From Patescibacteria group bacterium (GTDB taxonomy: Bacteria > Patescibacteriota > Saccharimonadia > CAILAD01 > JADZBC01), in assembly GCA_052034495.1 (NCBI GenBank), contig JBPOIL010000018.1, positions 1-63,450 of the forward strand: a stretch of DNA of 63,450 nt, written 5' to 3'. The translations under genes and the position numbers were made by a program. The notes below the pieces were generated by a model. The model searched no databases. It saw only the letters and a list, made by a program, of their open reading frames with translations, and was not told the origin of the DNA. Shown here in pieces: positions 31,590 to 43,074 of this stretch; positions within the stretch are counted from its first letter, which is position 1; each line of letters begins with the position of its first letter.

Positions 31590-34163
31590 ATGGCTGAACC
31601 AATCGACAACATCACCCCAGAACCAGAACAGTCCCCTGCTGCCGAGCAGGCTAATCAAGCAATGATCGACAGCGGCATAGGTCAAGTAGAGTTTCGAACG
31701 ATCGAAACTGAAATGGAGAAGAGCTACCTAGACTACTCTATGAGTGTGATCGTATCCCGTGCCTTGCCAGATGTTCGTGACGGGCTTAAGCCAGTGCACC
31801 GACGTATTCTGTATGTCATGAACAACTTGGGGCTTCGTCATGGTTCTAAGTTCCGTAAGAGCGCCACGGTAGTTGGTGATGTAATGGGCAGCTACCACCC
31901 CCACGGCGACAGCGCCATTTACGATGCGATGGCGCGTATGGCGCAGGACTTTTCGATGCGCTACATGCTGGTTGATGGTCAAGGTAACTTTGGCTCGATT
32001 GATGGCGATATGCCCGCTGCCATGCGTTACACCGAAGCCCGCATGCAAAAGCTTACTGAAGAATTACTTGTTGATATCGACAAAGATACCGTTGATTTCC
32101 AACCGAACTATGATGGTAACAAAAAAGAGCCAACAGTCTTGCCGGCCAAGTTGCCAAACCTACTTCTGAACGGCGTGCAGGGTATTGCCGTTGGTATGGC
32201 AACCAATATCCCGCCACACAACCTTACCGAAATCGTCGATGCGATTGTGCATATCATTGATAATCCTGAAGCAACGGTCGCGGATCTAGTCAAGATTGTA
32301 ACAGGGCCCGACTTCCCGAGCGGGGGCATCATCTTTGATGATGGCGGCATTGCCCAAGCTTACGGTACCGGCAAGGGCAGTATTGTTATGCGGGCTAATG
32401 CCGAAATCGAAGAGGACAAGAAGGGCAAGCAGCGTATCGTTGTAACTTCGATACCGTTCCAGGTCAATAAGTCCACACTTGTTACGAAGATAGCTGATCT
32501 GTACCACGAGAAGAAACTCATTGGTATCTCCGATGTACGTGACGAGTCCTCTGATCGCGTCGGTGTGCGCATTATTATTGAACTCAAAAAAGACGCTTAT
32601 GCGCAGAAACTCCTCAATCAGCTCTTTAGATTGACACCACTCCAGACGACTTTCCATGTAAATATGCTGGCACTCGTTGACGGCATCCAGCCGCGCGTAC
32701 TGAACTTGGAAATGGTTCTTCGTTACTACTTGGATCACCGTAAGATTGTGGTCCGTAGACGAACTGAGTTCGAATTGCGAAAGGCCCAGGCTCGCGCACA
32801 TATCTTAGAAGGTTTGCGAATAGCCTTAGACCAGATTGATAAGGTTATCTCTACTATCCGCGCAAGCAGCACCAAGGAAGAGGCGCTTGCCAACTTGGTT
32901 AAAAACTTCAAGCTAACAGAGATCCAGGCCAAAGCAATACTAGACATGCAGCTGCGTACCCTTGCAGGGCTAGAGCGCAAGAAGATTGAAGATGAATATA
33001 CGGCCCTCATGGCTTTCATTAAGGAGTGTGAACGAATCCTTTCTGACGAAGCAAACATCCTGGCCGTAATTCGCGAAGAGCTTGTGGAGTTGCGGGAGAA
33101 GCACGGCGACAAGCGGCGCACCACGGTAGTGAAGTCTACAATTGGTAAGTTCTCTGACGAAGACCTCATCCCAAATGAGGAAGTGATTATCACGCTCACG
33201 GCAGGTAATTATATAAAACGTATGCCTTCAAGCACCTACACTGCACAGGCCCGCGGTGGTAAGGGCAAGATTGGTATGGCCACTAAGGAAGAAGACGTTG
33301 TGGAGCATATGGTACAGACGAACAACCACGATACGATCCTGTTCTTCACTTCTCTTGGTCGTGCCTTTAAGCTTAAAGCCTATGAAGTTCCTGCTGCGTC
33401 CCGCACAGCTAAAGGCCAAGCGATCGTGAACCTTCTGAATCTTAGCCCTGACGAGCGAGTCACGTCACTGATAACGCTAGAAAAGGACAATACAGCTAAG
33501 TTCCTGTTTATGACCACTAAGTGTGGCGTAATTAAGAAGACTGCTATTACCGAGTATCAGAATGTTCGAGCCAGTGGCCTAATTGCGATTAAGCTCGACA
33601 AAGGCGATGAGCTTAAGTGGGTTAAGAAGACCCATGGCAGCGATGACATTATTATCTCGACGTCTATGGCGCAGGCCATTAGGTTCAAAGAGACCGATGC
33701 ACGTCCTATGGGTCGAGCGACTCGCGGGGTGCGTGGTATCCGTCTGCGCACCGGGGATACCGTAGTCGGCATGGACGTTCTCAGCGAAGACAGCATGATG
33801 CTCGTAGTAATGGAGAATGGCTACGGCAAGATTACTAAGACGGCTCAGTTTAGCCCTCATAACCGCGGTGGCGTGGGGATTAAGGCTGGCGTGGTCAGCA
33901 CTAAGACAGGCAAGGTCGTAGACGTGCGGGTGATGGATGACATTACTCAGGATGTCCTCATCATCTCCAAGCAAGGCCAAGTGATTAGATTGCACGCGGA
34001 CAAAATACCGGTAATCAGCCGGGCTACACAGGGCGTGCGCATTATGCGCTTGAGCGAAAAAGACTGCGTTGCTTCCGTCACTCTATTGCCGGGTGGCACA
34101 ATTGAAGAGACTGAGACTGATGAGAATCAGATTGTCGAAGAGGCACCAACCAAACAGGGCTAG
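31590..34163 (+). CDS. gyrA: DNA gyrase subunit A
   Basis: [30 protein letters not shown], catalytic-Tyr region [11 protein letters not shown]-terminal beta-pinwheel repeats. Confidence 0.97.
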   Translation: MAEPIDNITPEPEQSPAAEQANQAMIDSGIGQVEFRTIETEMEKSYLDYSMSVIVSRALPDVRDGLKPVHRRILYVMNNLGLRHGSKFRKSATVVGDVMGSYHPHGDSAIYDAMARMAQDFSMRYMLVDGQGNFGSIDGDMPAAMRYTEARMQKLTEELLVDIDKDTVDFQPNYDGNKKEPTVLPAKLPNLLLNGVQGIAVGMATNIPPHNLTEIVDAIVHIIDNPEATVADLVKIVTGPDFPSGGIIFDDGGIAQAYGTGKGSIVMRANAEIEEDKKGKQRIVVTSIPFQVNKSTLVTKIADLYHEKKLIGISDVRDESSDRVGVRIIIELKKDAYAQKLLNQLFRLTPLQTTFHVNMLALVDGIQPRVLNLEMVLRYYLDHRKIVVRRRTEFELRKAQARAHILEGLRIALDQIDKVISTIRASSTKEEALANLVKNFKLTEIQAKAILDMQLRTLAGLERKKIEDEYTALMAFIKECERILSDEANILAVIREELVELREKHGDKRRTTVVKSTIGKFSDEDLIPNEEVIITLTAGNYIKRMPSSTYTAQARGGKGKIGMATKEEDVVEHMVQTNNHDTILFFTSLGRAFKLKAYEVPAASRTAKGQAIVNLLNLSPDERVTSLITLEKDNTAKFLFMTTKCGVIKKTAITEYQNVRASGLIAIKLDKGDELKWVKKTHGSDDIIISTSMAQAIRFKETDARPMGRATRGVRGIRLRTGDTVVGMDVLSEDSMMLVVMENGYGKITKTAQFSPHNRGGVGIKAGVVSTKTGKVVDVRVMDDITQDVLIISKQGQVIRLHADKIPVISRATQGVRIMRLSEKDCVASVTLLPGGTIEETETDENQIVEEAPTKQG

Positions 34164-34177
34164 TAAGCTTAAGCGAT

Positions 34178-34804
34178 TTGAGGCATACTATAACTGTAAA
34201 AGATGAGTTTGGTATGTTGAGCGCTTTGCCTCGTAAAATATTAAGCCGCTTGAGCGGTAAGTTTGTAAGCCCACAGGTCATCTTGGACGAAGTAGGCTTA
34301 CGTAGTGGTCAATCAGTCCTAGAGCTCGGCTCGCCTGTTGGCTTTTTTGCCCAAGCTGCTCTGGCAAAGGTCGGCGTGGATGGCAATGTGTATGTGGCAG
34401 GGCCAGATAATGAATCTCTCGAAGCGGTAAGCCATTATGACCACCATGAAAACTTGCACCCCGTCTTGTTGCGGAATGTCTTGGCCGGCAAAACCGTGCC
34501 ACTCGGCGGAATTGATACCGTGGTGCTTACTAATTTACTTTCAAGTTCGTTATACCCCGCCGACTTTTGCATCTCAATCGATCAGTATCTTCGACCGGGC
34601 AGCGAGGTTGTTTTAATTGATTGGGACTCTAAGGTGGAAGAGGTCGGCCCCGATCCCGCAAAGCGCGTCTCGCGCGAGCAAGCCATTAAGCTTATGGGCG
34701 AATGCGGCTTAGAATTTAGCCGAGTTCTTAAGACTACCGGGTATCATTACGGACTCGCGTTTCATGCTACTGGCCAAAGCCATGCCGAAAGTGATAATCT
34801 ATAA
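34178..34804 (+). CDS. Class I SAM-dependent methyltransferase-like protein
   Basis: VLELGSPVGFF (motif I-like) and VVLTNLL. TTG start in the track; the alternative ATG is at 34214. Confidence 0.55.
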   Translation: MRHTITVKDEFGMLSALPRKILSRLSGKFVSPQVILDEVGLRSGQSVLELGSPVGFFAQAALAKVGVDGNVYVAGPDNESLEAVSHYDHHENLHPVLLRNVLAGKTVPLGGIDTVVLTNLLSSSLYPADFCISIDQYLRPGSEVVLIDWDSKVEEVGPDPAKRVSREQAIKLMGECGLEFSRVLKTTGYHYGLAFHATGQSHAESDNL

Positions 34805-34809
34805 TTACT

Positions 34810-35655
34810 ATGATTCAAGTAACTCCACTTCTCATTATTCCATTCCTCGTCTGGGTAGTCGCTCAAGGAATTAAGTTTAGCCTTGCTCTAATCCGTGGCG
34901 AGTTTGACCTGCGCTATCTATTTGCCTCTGGCGGAATGCCCAGTGTTCACTCAGCAGTTGTGTGCTCGCTCGCTACGGTGACGCTCATTGAATATGGGCT
35001 AATGAGTCCGATCTTTGGTATCGCTGCCGTGTATGCAGGCATCGTCATGTACGATTCGTTTGGCGTACGGCGAGCAACCGGGGATCAAGCGCATGCGCTA
35101 AATAAACTACTAGACGAACTGACCGACGGCGGTACCATAGCAGACCGTGCACGCTACGGTAAATTACGCGAAGTGTTAGGGCATAAGCCCACAGAGGTCA
35201 TGGCCGGCGCAGTCCTGGGTGTGGTTGCAGCCGCAGCAATGGAATATAACAAGGTAAGCCCGTACCTAAGTTTCCTTGCAGCTCAGCCGTACCGGTACGA
35301 ATTAATATTCTATGCAATTTTTAGTGCCATATTGGTGCTTACGGGGGCGGCGGCTCTTGTTGGCCAGCGCAAAAAGCGCTCTAGTCGGGCGAAGGTTATT
35401 CGCAGACTTGGCTACCTCAATATCGTTACTGGAGCTACCCTCGCTTTCTTGGCTGTTACGCAGTACGAACGGATTAACATACTTAGTGGCCGCGGCCTTG
35501 CCTGGATTGTTCTTTTGGCCTGGTTGGTTTGGAACGTTGTATATATCTCTATGAACGCCAAGATTCTGCGGCAAAAGGATGTCAAAGACGAGGACGAAGA
35601 GCGCAAGGAAAAGTGGCTCAAAAAAGCCAAGCGAACTACGAAGAAAAAGCGTTAG
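34810..35655 (+). CDS. Divergent PAP2 (DUF212) family membrane protein with an extra C-terminal TM/basic extension
   Basis: GGMPSVHSAVV ... YDSFGVRRATG ... LGHKPTEVMAGAVLG are DUF212 signatures. Lys-rich tail. Confidence 0.7.
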   Translation: MIQVTPLLIIPFLVWVVAQGIKFSLALIRGEFDLRYLFASGGMPSVHSAVVCSLATVTLIEYGLMSPIFGIAAVYAGIVMYDSFGVRRATGDQAHALNKLLDELTDGGTIADRARYGKLREVLGHKPTEVMAGAVLGVVAAAAMEYNKVSPYLSFLAAQPYRYELIFYAIFSAILVLTGAAALVGQRKKRSSRAKVIRRLGYLNIVTGATLAFLAVTQYERINILSGRGLAWIVLLAWLVWNVVYISMNAKILRQKDVKDEDEERKEKWLKKAKRTTKKKR

Positions 35656-35676
35656 ATTCTCGCTACGCCAAAGGTG

Positions 35677-35705
35677 TTGACTTATCCTCGGCCAGTCTCT
35701 ACAAT
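35677..35705 (+). promoter_or_regulatory. Candidate 16S rRNA promoter (TTGACT-17-TACAAT)
   Basis: Hexamers at 35677-35682 and 35700-35705, about 245 nt upstream of the mature 16S 5' end. Confidence 0.55.
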
Positions 35706-35948
35706 AGTAAGGTCTTGATACTTCGTTATCGCTCAAAATAAACAGCGACTCGATCATTCGGTCTCCTGACTGAACCAAATCGACAAAAAGGTTGCTGATT
35801 TTATTTTGACTCTATTGCGCTAGTCAAGCACGAACTACTTTGACAAGTGAATAGTGCTAGTAACACCTTGTTATTAAATGGGTCTGACTACTCCTTCGGG
35901 AGAGTCAGTCAATTTCTGTGAATATTGCTTTTCAAAGAGTAATAAACT

Positions 35949-37454
<1,506 letters not shown>

Positions 37455-37667
37455 TAGGGAGTATCGATGCAGCAATGCATTCCATAGCAGCAAGGCTATG
37501 GCCAGAAGACTCTTGTTTAAGAGCTGCTCACTTCGGTGGGATGTGCTCACTTGAGTCCTTTGCGGAACTTCTAGGTCGAGCATTATGTCTTTAGGGGCAT
37601 AATGTTGTTACTAAAATTCCCTGTAGGTAATCAAGGCTGTTTACTAGCACTATTGACTTGTTAAATC

Positions 37668-37700
37668 AAAAAGACACTTCGTAATGAGGTGTCTTTTTGT
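37668..37700 (+). terminator. Intrinsic terminator directly after the 16S transcription unit
   Basis: AAGACAC-ttcgtaatgag-GTGTCTT followed by TTTT. Confidence 0.65.
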
Positions 37701-37770
37701 ATTGAGGTGAGATTAGCGAGTATTTGCATTCGTTAGGGGTAAAGGTTATGCTTACCTAAAGGTTATACAT

Positions 37771-39630
37771 ATGGCTCAACAAAAAAACAAACAAGCATCA
37801 CGGTATCCCAAGGCGCGCACGGGTCGCTTGGGTCTTGCTGCAAAGAAAACGAATTCATTTAGCCTTAAGAAGGGGCTTATTGCTGCTGGTTTGGTTGCTA
37901 TTGTCGGTCTTGTTGCCGTGGCTTTTAGCTTCGCTGGCGGGACGCCAGATTATCAGTATTCTATAGCCGAAAAGTGTTCGGGAGACCAGGCTACGCAGTC
38001 GTGTAGAGACCTGAGTGCTGAAGCACTTATATATCGTCTCTACCTCGGGCTCTCCGGCCGCGAACCAAATGCCGGCGAGCTTTCGGAGTGGACACAAAAG
38101 CTTGCCGGCGACCGGGTTAGGCCCCAGGGCGTCATTGAGGTAGGCTTAAGGAATCCTGCATTTACCTCTTTGTCCAATAAGGCGTATGTCGAAAAGTTAT
38201 ACCAAGGTTTCTTTGGCCGTCAGGCAGACACGAATGGGCTAGACTACTGGACCAAACAGCTTGATGCAAACAAGCTTACGCGTGGAGCGGTGGCAATTCG
38301 TTTGGCACAGAGCAGCGAAGCCAAGCGCAAGGCTGCGGCTGGCCTAGATACGCTCATAGCCCAGAACGCACCTATCGTAGTACGCAAAACAGCAGCAACT
38401 CAGCAATCAGACCGTGCAACAAAAAGTGCTCGCCGACTTACAGCAAGCACCCCGAGCTATAGCCGAATAGTCGAGAAAGTTTCCGAGGCTCAAGCTCGAG
38501 AAGTTGCTGCCAGGAACGCTGCACGCAAGGATTTAAAATCTCAAAAGCCAGAAGAAATGTTAAAGAAGCTCAATGAAATTGAAGCTCATGGTCCATTCAT
38601 AGCATCCGTAATTAAGGCCATGCAGAAGGACACAAATTGGCACCGCAAGGTAGAATCAAGCTTTGCCGCTACACAAAAAGATTACTTGGCCTCAAAAGAG
38701 CTATCGGCCTATGCCGCTGACATACCTTACACGGACATAACGAAGACCTACGAGGAGGCGAAGAAGCAGAGTGATTTTTCTAAGGCGAGCTATGCAAAAA
38801 TGCTCACCAGCATTGCCAATATAGAAAAAAGCGCCCGCAGCATCGAAAAGCAATATTGGACGGTGTTAGAAAAACGAGGCCGCACATTCGCTCGATCTAA
38901 ATCGCTCCCTCTGCCTGGCCTGCCGGCGGGCATGAAGTATTGGGTTGACGACACGTATGGCGACAAGCGCGTCCATGTTCTCAAAATCGACTTAACGAAC
39001 CCGAAAGTTTCTTTAAGAGCCTCAAAGCCAGATGAACGGGGTATTACCCCCACGGATTTTGCCAAAAGGACTGGTGCAGTGGCGGCAATCAACGGAGACT
39101 TCTTTACTCCATCTCAAAGCTTCCGTGCGACAGGCCCGGCTGTCGGCCAGGGTGTAGCATGGCAGAATTCATACAACCGCAGTGACTGGTCGTACCTTGC
39201 CTGCACAAACAGCAAGTCGTGCATTATTGATCCGCAGCGCTCTACTACTCCGCCGGCAGCTAGCTATAGCACCGTTGTGGGTGGCTCTCCGGTTCTTGTG
39301 GAGCCAGGTTTTGGCTGGTATTTGAAGCCTGGTGACAACGGCTGTGCACCGTCTTGCTCCGAGCCGGCACCTCGAACCGCTGTCGGCTTAAGCGCAGACA
39401 AGAAGACCATGTGGTGGGTTATGGCCGAAGGCCGCCAAGGATCTGTTACTGGGCTTAGCCTGTATGATCTAACCGGCGTGTTCAAAAAGCTGAATGCCAA
39501 GTGGGCGGTAAACTTAGACGGTGGTGGCAGCTCGGGCATGGTGTTGAACAAGAAACTCGTTAATCGCAGACCTACTGGCGAGCAGACCGAGCGCAAGGTC
39601 GGGAATTCCCTTGGAATAATTATTCGCTAG
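37771..39630 (+). CDS. Paralog family member 1: basic N-terminus, TM, DUF4214 repeats, coiled coil, C-terminal phosphodiester glycosidase (NAGPA/DUF2233-like) domain
   Basis: Shared N-terminus (..GLVAVAFSFAGGTPDYQYS), LYLGLSGREPNAGELSEWTQKLAGDR (DUF4214-type). C-terminal AINGDFF ... NLDGGGSS. Confidence 0.75.
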   Translation: MAQQKNKQASRYPKARTGRLGLAAKKTNSFSLKKGLIAAGLVAIVGLVAVAFSFAGGTPDYQYSIAEKCSGDQATQSCRDLSAEALIYRLYLGLSGREPNAGELSEWTQKLAGDRVRPQGVIEVGLRNPAFTSLSNKAYVEKLYQGFFGRQADTNGLDYWTKQLDANKLTRGAVAIRLAQSSEAKRKAAAGLDTLIAQNAPIVVRKTAATQQSDRATKSARRLTASTPSYSRIVEKVSEAQAREVAARNAARKDLKSQKPEEMLKKLNEIEAHGPFIASVIKAMQKDTNWHRKVESSFAATQKDYLASKELSAYAADIPYTDITKTYEEAKKQSDFSKASYAKMLTSIANIEKSARSIEKQYWTVLEKRGRTFARSKSLPLPGLPAGMKYWVDDTYGDKRVHVLKIDLTNPKVSLRASKPDERGITPTDFAKRTGAVAAINGDFFTPSQSFRATGPAVGQGVAWQNSYNRSDWSYLACTNSKSCIIDPQRSTTPPAASYSTVVGGSPVLVEPGFGWYLKPGDNGCAPSCSEPAPRTAVGLSADKKTMWWVMAEGRQGSVTGLSLYDLTGVFKKLNAKWAVNLDGGGSSGMVLNKKLVNRRPTGEQTERKVGNSLGIIIR

Positions 39631-39716
39631 GGCAGAATAAGTTTGCCTTTCGGTTTTGATTGTATTATGCTTATGCTAAGTATCAATTTTTAAGGATTCT
39701 TTAAGGTAAGGAACCT

Positions 39717-41411
39717 ATGTCAGCAAAACCAACAAGCAAAAAAGCACCAGTCCGTAAAAAAACAACTTTCAAATCAAGCACAGCATCTCGGCCAAAGAGT
39801 CGAGTAGGCAGCACTCTTCTTAAGAGTAGCACTAAAAGGGCCAGTCTCTTTACTAAGCGCAATGGAATTATTGCAGGGGTAATGGCAGCTATTGCAGGCC
39901 TTGCCTTTGTGGCCCTCAGTTTTGCTGGCGGTACACCGGATTACCAGTATTCGGTAAGCGCTAAATGCGCGGGCCAACAGGCTACCCAGAGCTGTAAGGA
40001 CAAATCGGCCGAAGCCGCAGTATATAGAATGTACAAAGGCATACTTGGCTATACCCCAGACTCTGCTGGCTATGCTTTCTGGACGCAGCTGTATGCTGGT
40101 GACCGCACGCCTACGACTACGATTGTAAATAGATTCTTAGCCCAAAGCGCGCCCAAAGCCAAGTTGGGCCCGCTTACGACCAACGAACAGTTTGTAGGTT
40201 ACTTGCAAAAGAACTTTACGGGTAAAACAGCTGCCGCAACCCCCAGTAACTACTGGGTAAAACAGCTCAAAGACAAGAAGATGACCAGAAACGACGTAGC
40301 ACGTAAGTTCATATTCGTAGGGGAATCAGTCAAGTACCACCAGGCAGGCCTGAGCGCTTACTTGGCTACTGCCGCACCAGTTGCTGTTAAGCAAACTGCG
40401 CTTGACGCTCAAAACGAGCTTGCGCGTAAGGCTAAAGTATACGCCGCAGTTAGCACAAAGGAACTCGCAAGCGCAAAGGCAAAGTTCAAGATTGTTGAGG
40501 CTCGCTACAAGGCAGCTAAGAAGCTAGGCGATCAGCGTCAATCAGACGTGTCTCAGGGCGACATTACCAATGCGGAGTCTAATGCATCTGAGGCAAGCGA
40601 ATATGCAGCTCAGGTACGGATCCATTATGTACGGGCTCAAGACGCATGGAATAAGAGCAAAGTCCTAGTTGGTGAGGCCCGAAGACGAGCACAGCGTTCC
40701 CCCGACATTACTACAACGTTAGTGATTAAGAATGCTGAATCTGGTCGCAAGCCAACCGAAGAAGCTCGTCAGCTAAATAGCCAGGCGCAAACACGGGTTG
40801 GATGGGCGAACCAGTCAGTAGCTCAAGCAAAGCAGAAGTATGCGGCCGAGCAAGCCAGGTTAGCCGAAATCCGTAGACAGCAAGAGCTTGCCGCGCAGCA
40901 GGCTGCACAAGAAGGTAGTGGTGGCGGCGCCACAGGGGGAGGAAACATAACAGTCGATCTTAGTGGCGAACCTGCTGCGCCCGGCGCAGACTTGGCGGCT
41001 TTGCGGGACGAGGCGGCTAGGGCATGTGCCGCCCAGGGTGGGGGTACAGCGAGGAGGCGTGTTGCACACGGGTATGCACTTGCAAAACGAATCTATTCCT
41101 TTTCGGGGAGATTTGATAACAGCGGTGCAATCTGTGAATTTAGATATGGTTCCTTTGTTGCCGGCAGCCTTAATTGCGATGCTGGCTATAAGCAAGCTCA
41201 TAGAACCGACTTAGGGCGTGGGTGTGTTAGGGTCAACATCAGACCAACAGCTGGTAACCCATCACCTACACGATACTACTGTAAGAAGCCAAATCAACAC
41301 CGGTTCTATAAGGGCAATGGCAAGTGGGGCTATATAGGGCCATTCTTGCTCGTCACGAAAAACTCATGTGACGCACTAGGGGGCATCATTAAGTACACGA
41401 CTGCGCGTTAG
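39717..41411 (+). CDS. Paralog family member 2: basic N-terminus, TM, DUF4214 repeats, Ala/Lys coiled coil, Cys-rich C-terminal domain
   Basis: KKAPVRKKTT..SRPKSRVGS..LFTKRNGIIAGVMAAIAGLAFVALSFAGGTPDYQYS; YRMYKGILGYTPDSAGYAFWTQLYAGDR. Confidence 0.75.
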   Translation: MSAKPTSKKAPVRKKTTFKSSTASRPKSRVGSTLLKSSTKRASLFTKRNGIIAGVMAAIAGLAFVALSFAGGTPDYQYSVSAKCAGQQATQSCKDKSAEAAVYRMYKGILGYTPDSAGYAFWTQLYAGDRTPTTTIVNRFLAQSAPKAKLGPLTTNEQFVGYLQKNFTGKTAAATPSNYWVKQLKDKKMTRNDVARKFIFVGESVKYHQAGLSAYLATAAPVAVKQTALDAQNELARKAKVYAAVSTKELASAKAKFKIVEARYKAAKKLGDQRQSDVSQGDITNAESNASEASEYAAQVRIHYVRAQDAWNKSKVLVGEARRRAQRSPDITTTLVIKNAESGRKPTEEARQLNSQAQTRVGWANQSVAQAKQKYAAEQARLAEIRRQQELAAQQAAQEGSGGGATGGGNITVDLSGEPAAPGADLAALRDEAARACAAQGGGTARRRVAHGYALAKRIYSFSGRFDNSGAICEFRYGSFVAGSLNCDAGYKQAHRTDLGRGCVRVNIRPTAGNPSPTRYYCKKPNQHRFYKGNGKWGYIGPFLLVTKNSCDALGGIIKYTTAR

Positions 41412-41476
41412 CAGAATTCTACTCTAGAGAGCCCCAATAAGTAGAGAACCCTCTTGGTGTAGGAGCAGAAGTTGGT

Positions 41477-41737
41477 TTAATAGTCGGCGTTGATCGGGCT
41501 AAATACGTCGCGGATGCCGTCGTTGATCGGCTGGGTCAGCCAGGTGCCTAAGCCAGTGGCGAATAGTAGGCCTATAAACACTGCAAGCAAGCTCATTAGC
41601 TTTAAGAAGCTCGAGCTACCTCCTGGTAAGCGCTTTTCTACAAAGTCGATGCGACCAGTCATGTTGAATACTTGTTGATGGTATACGAGGGACGCTGCCC
41701 CGCCTACTACAAGGAATAAGCCAATAAGAAAATTCAT
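41477..41737 (-). CDS. Small membrane protein (2 TM)
   Basis: 86-aa hydrophobic ORF; its ATG follows an AT-rich promoter-like region. Confidence 0.5.
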   Translation of the reverse strand: MNFLIGLFLVVGGAASLVYHQQVFNMTGRIDFVEKRLPGGSSSFLKLMSLLAVFIGLLFATGLGTWLTQPINDGIRDVFSPINADY

Positions 41738-41828
41738 ATGCTTATTATAGCCTACTTGCTACTTGAAAAATATCACAAAATAGGCGAAAATAGGTAAGTT
41801 CTTACGGGTAACCCAGGTACGCATTATT

Positions 41829-41905
41829 TGGGCGATTAGCTCAGGTGGTTAGAGCGCGTCACTGATAATGACGAGGTCCCAGGTTCAAGTCCTGGATCGC
41901 CCACC
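41829..41905 (+). tRNA. tRNA-Ile(GAU): tRNA-Ile (anticodon GAU), CCA encoded
   Basis: Manual cloverleaf: GGGCGAT/ATCGCCC acceptor, GCTC/GAGC D-stem, CGTCA-CTGATAA-TGACG anticodon arm, CCAGG-TTCAAGT-CCTGG T-arm, then A-CCA. Confidence 0.95.
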
Positions 41906-42008
41906 AAGCATAAGTATTATAGATATAGGCCCCATCCGAGGGGTCTTTTCATTTCCTGCTTTCCAGGGTGTGATGTTGCTACTCTGTCCGAGCATTCAGT
42001 ACGGGTTT

Positions 42009-42635
42009 CTACCTGAGCTCAATAGGCTTTATCGGCAGTCCGGTAGCTTTTTTGCGCATACAATGAGCCACCTCGTGGATAAGGTCTAAGATATCTCCGT
42101 CGAGCATGAACTCAAATAGAACTTTTTGATCATGCAGATCGTCTGTAATCTCATACTCAACCTTATCTCCGCCTCCCCGCCATGTATCGCGAGTGTGTGC
42201 AGGGTATTCTGCCAGTCGCTTCCTGCCCCCGGTAGTGAAGTGAAACATATTCCCGTGGGCCACCCCGTTTCTTAGGTGATAGACCATTTCAAGCGCTGGG
42301 TCGTGACCGAAGTAGCCGGGGTCAAGAGCATCGGCCAAAACTATCAATGCATCGGCCATATATGCTTTCTTGAAATCGTCAAGCTTGGTTGGTACTTTTG
42401 CCAAGAAGACCTCTGGTGCGAATCCATGCTGGTCTATTGAGTTTTTTCTCTCGATAGTCGCCCATTCGTTGGAGTTTGGAAGTAGCTGAAATGCTCTCGG
42501 GTCATGGGCAACCATAAGAGATGCTAGGAGGACTGGGTAGTTACTGCTTAGGCGTTGCGCTAGCGCTTCGACACGCAGAGCAGCATCACGAGTCTCCCCA
42601 TCTTCGTATACTGGTTCGTCGTCAGTGTATTTCAT
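42009..42635 (-). CDS. Hypothetical protein with a HEPN-type Rx4H motif (possible Abi/HEPN RNase)
   Basis: 208-aa ORF. The motif YHLRNGVAHGN matches the R-x4-H HEPN signature in a predicted helical protein. It is the first gene after tRNA-Ile. Confidence 0.55.
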   Translation of the reverse strand: MKYTDDEPVYEDGETRDAALRVEALAQRLSSNYPVLLASLMVAHDPRAFQLLPNSNEWATIERKNSIDQHGFAPEVFLAKVPTKLDDFKKAYMADALIVLADALDPGYFGHDPALEMVYHLRNGVAHGNMFHFTTGGRKRLAEYPAHTRDTWRGGGDKVEYEITDDLHDQKVLFEFMLDGDILDLIHEVAHCMRKKATGLPIKPIELR

Positions 42636-42995
42636 AGGATCATTATATGCCGAGCCTTGGCCTATTGATAGCTACCCTCGTCAGCGCGATAATCCTCTAA
42701 TAAAGAGAACATCCTCATCGCAACAAGTAACACATCAAAGGACGCGAGTTCGAAGCGCAAGTCTGGACCACCGCCCGGTCGTAAGCCAGGCAGAGGTAAG
42801 GTAGTTATCAATCCCAAGCTGAAGGCAGAGCCAGACTTAGAGAAGTTCGCCACAGCCATCGTCTTTGATGTTCTAGATAAGCTCAACAAGGCTCGCTCCG
42901 ACGACTCTGAATCTAGACAGTAGGCTCGCTATATGGTATAAACATAGGGACTAAGGCGGCTATCAGCCGCTTTGTGTTTGCTCCTTGAATTGTGT

Positions 42996-43074
42996 TCTTC
43001 AGACCGGATCATTGCTCACCTCTGCTGAGTAGCGACCCGGTCTGCAAGGACTGTGGTCACAAAGGAGCCCGCCC
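42996..43074 (+). repeat. Element A, copy 1: conserved leader with a long hairpin plus GACTGTGGTC..AGGAGCCCGCC immediately before the ATG
   Basis: CAGACCGG(43000-07)/CCGGTCTG(43037-44) stem extended by about 9 further pairs. Near-identical copy at 44117-44198. Confidence 0.8.

Noticed and set aside
42662-42889. 75-aa ORF on the - strand.
   Set aside because: It has no motifs and lies antisense to a longer start-less + strand frame (42693-42923) that looks like a gene remnant. Neither is reported as a functional CDS.
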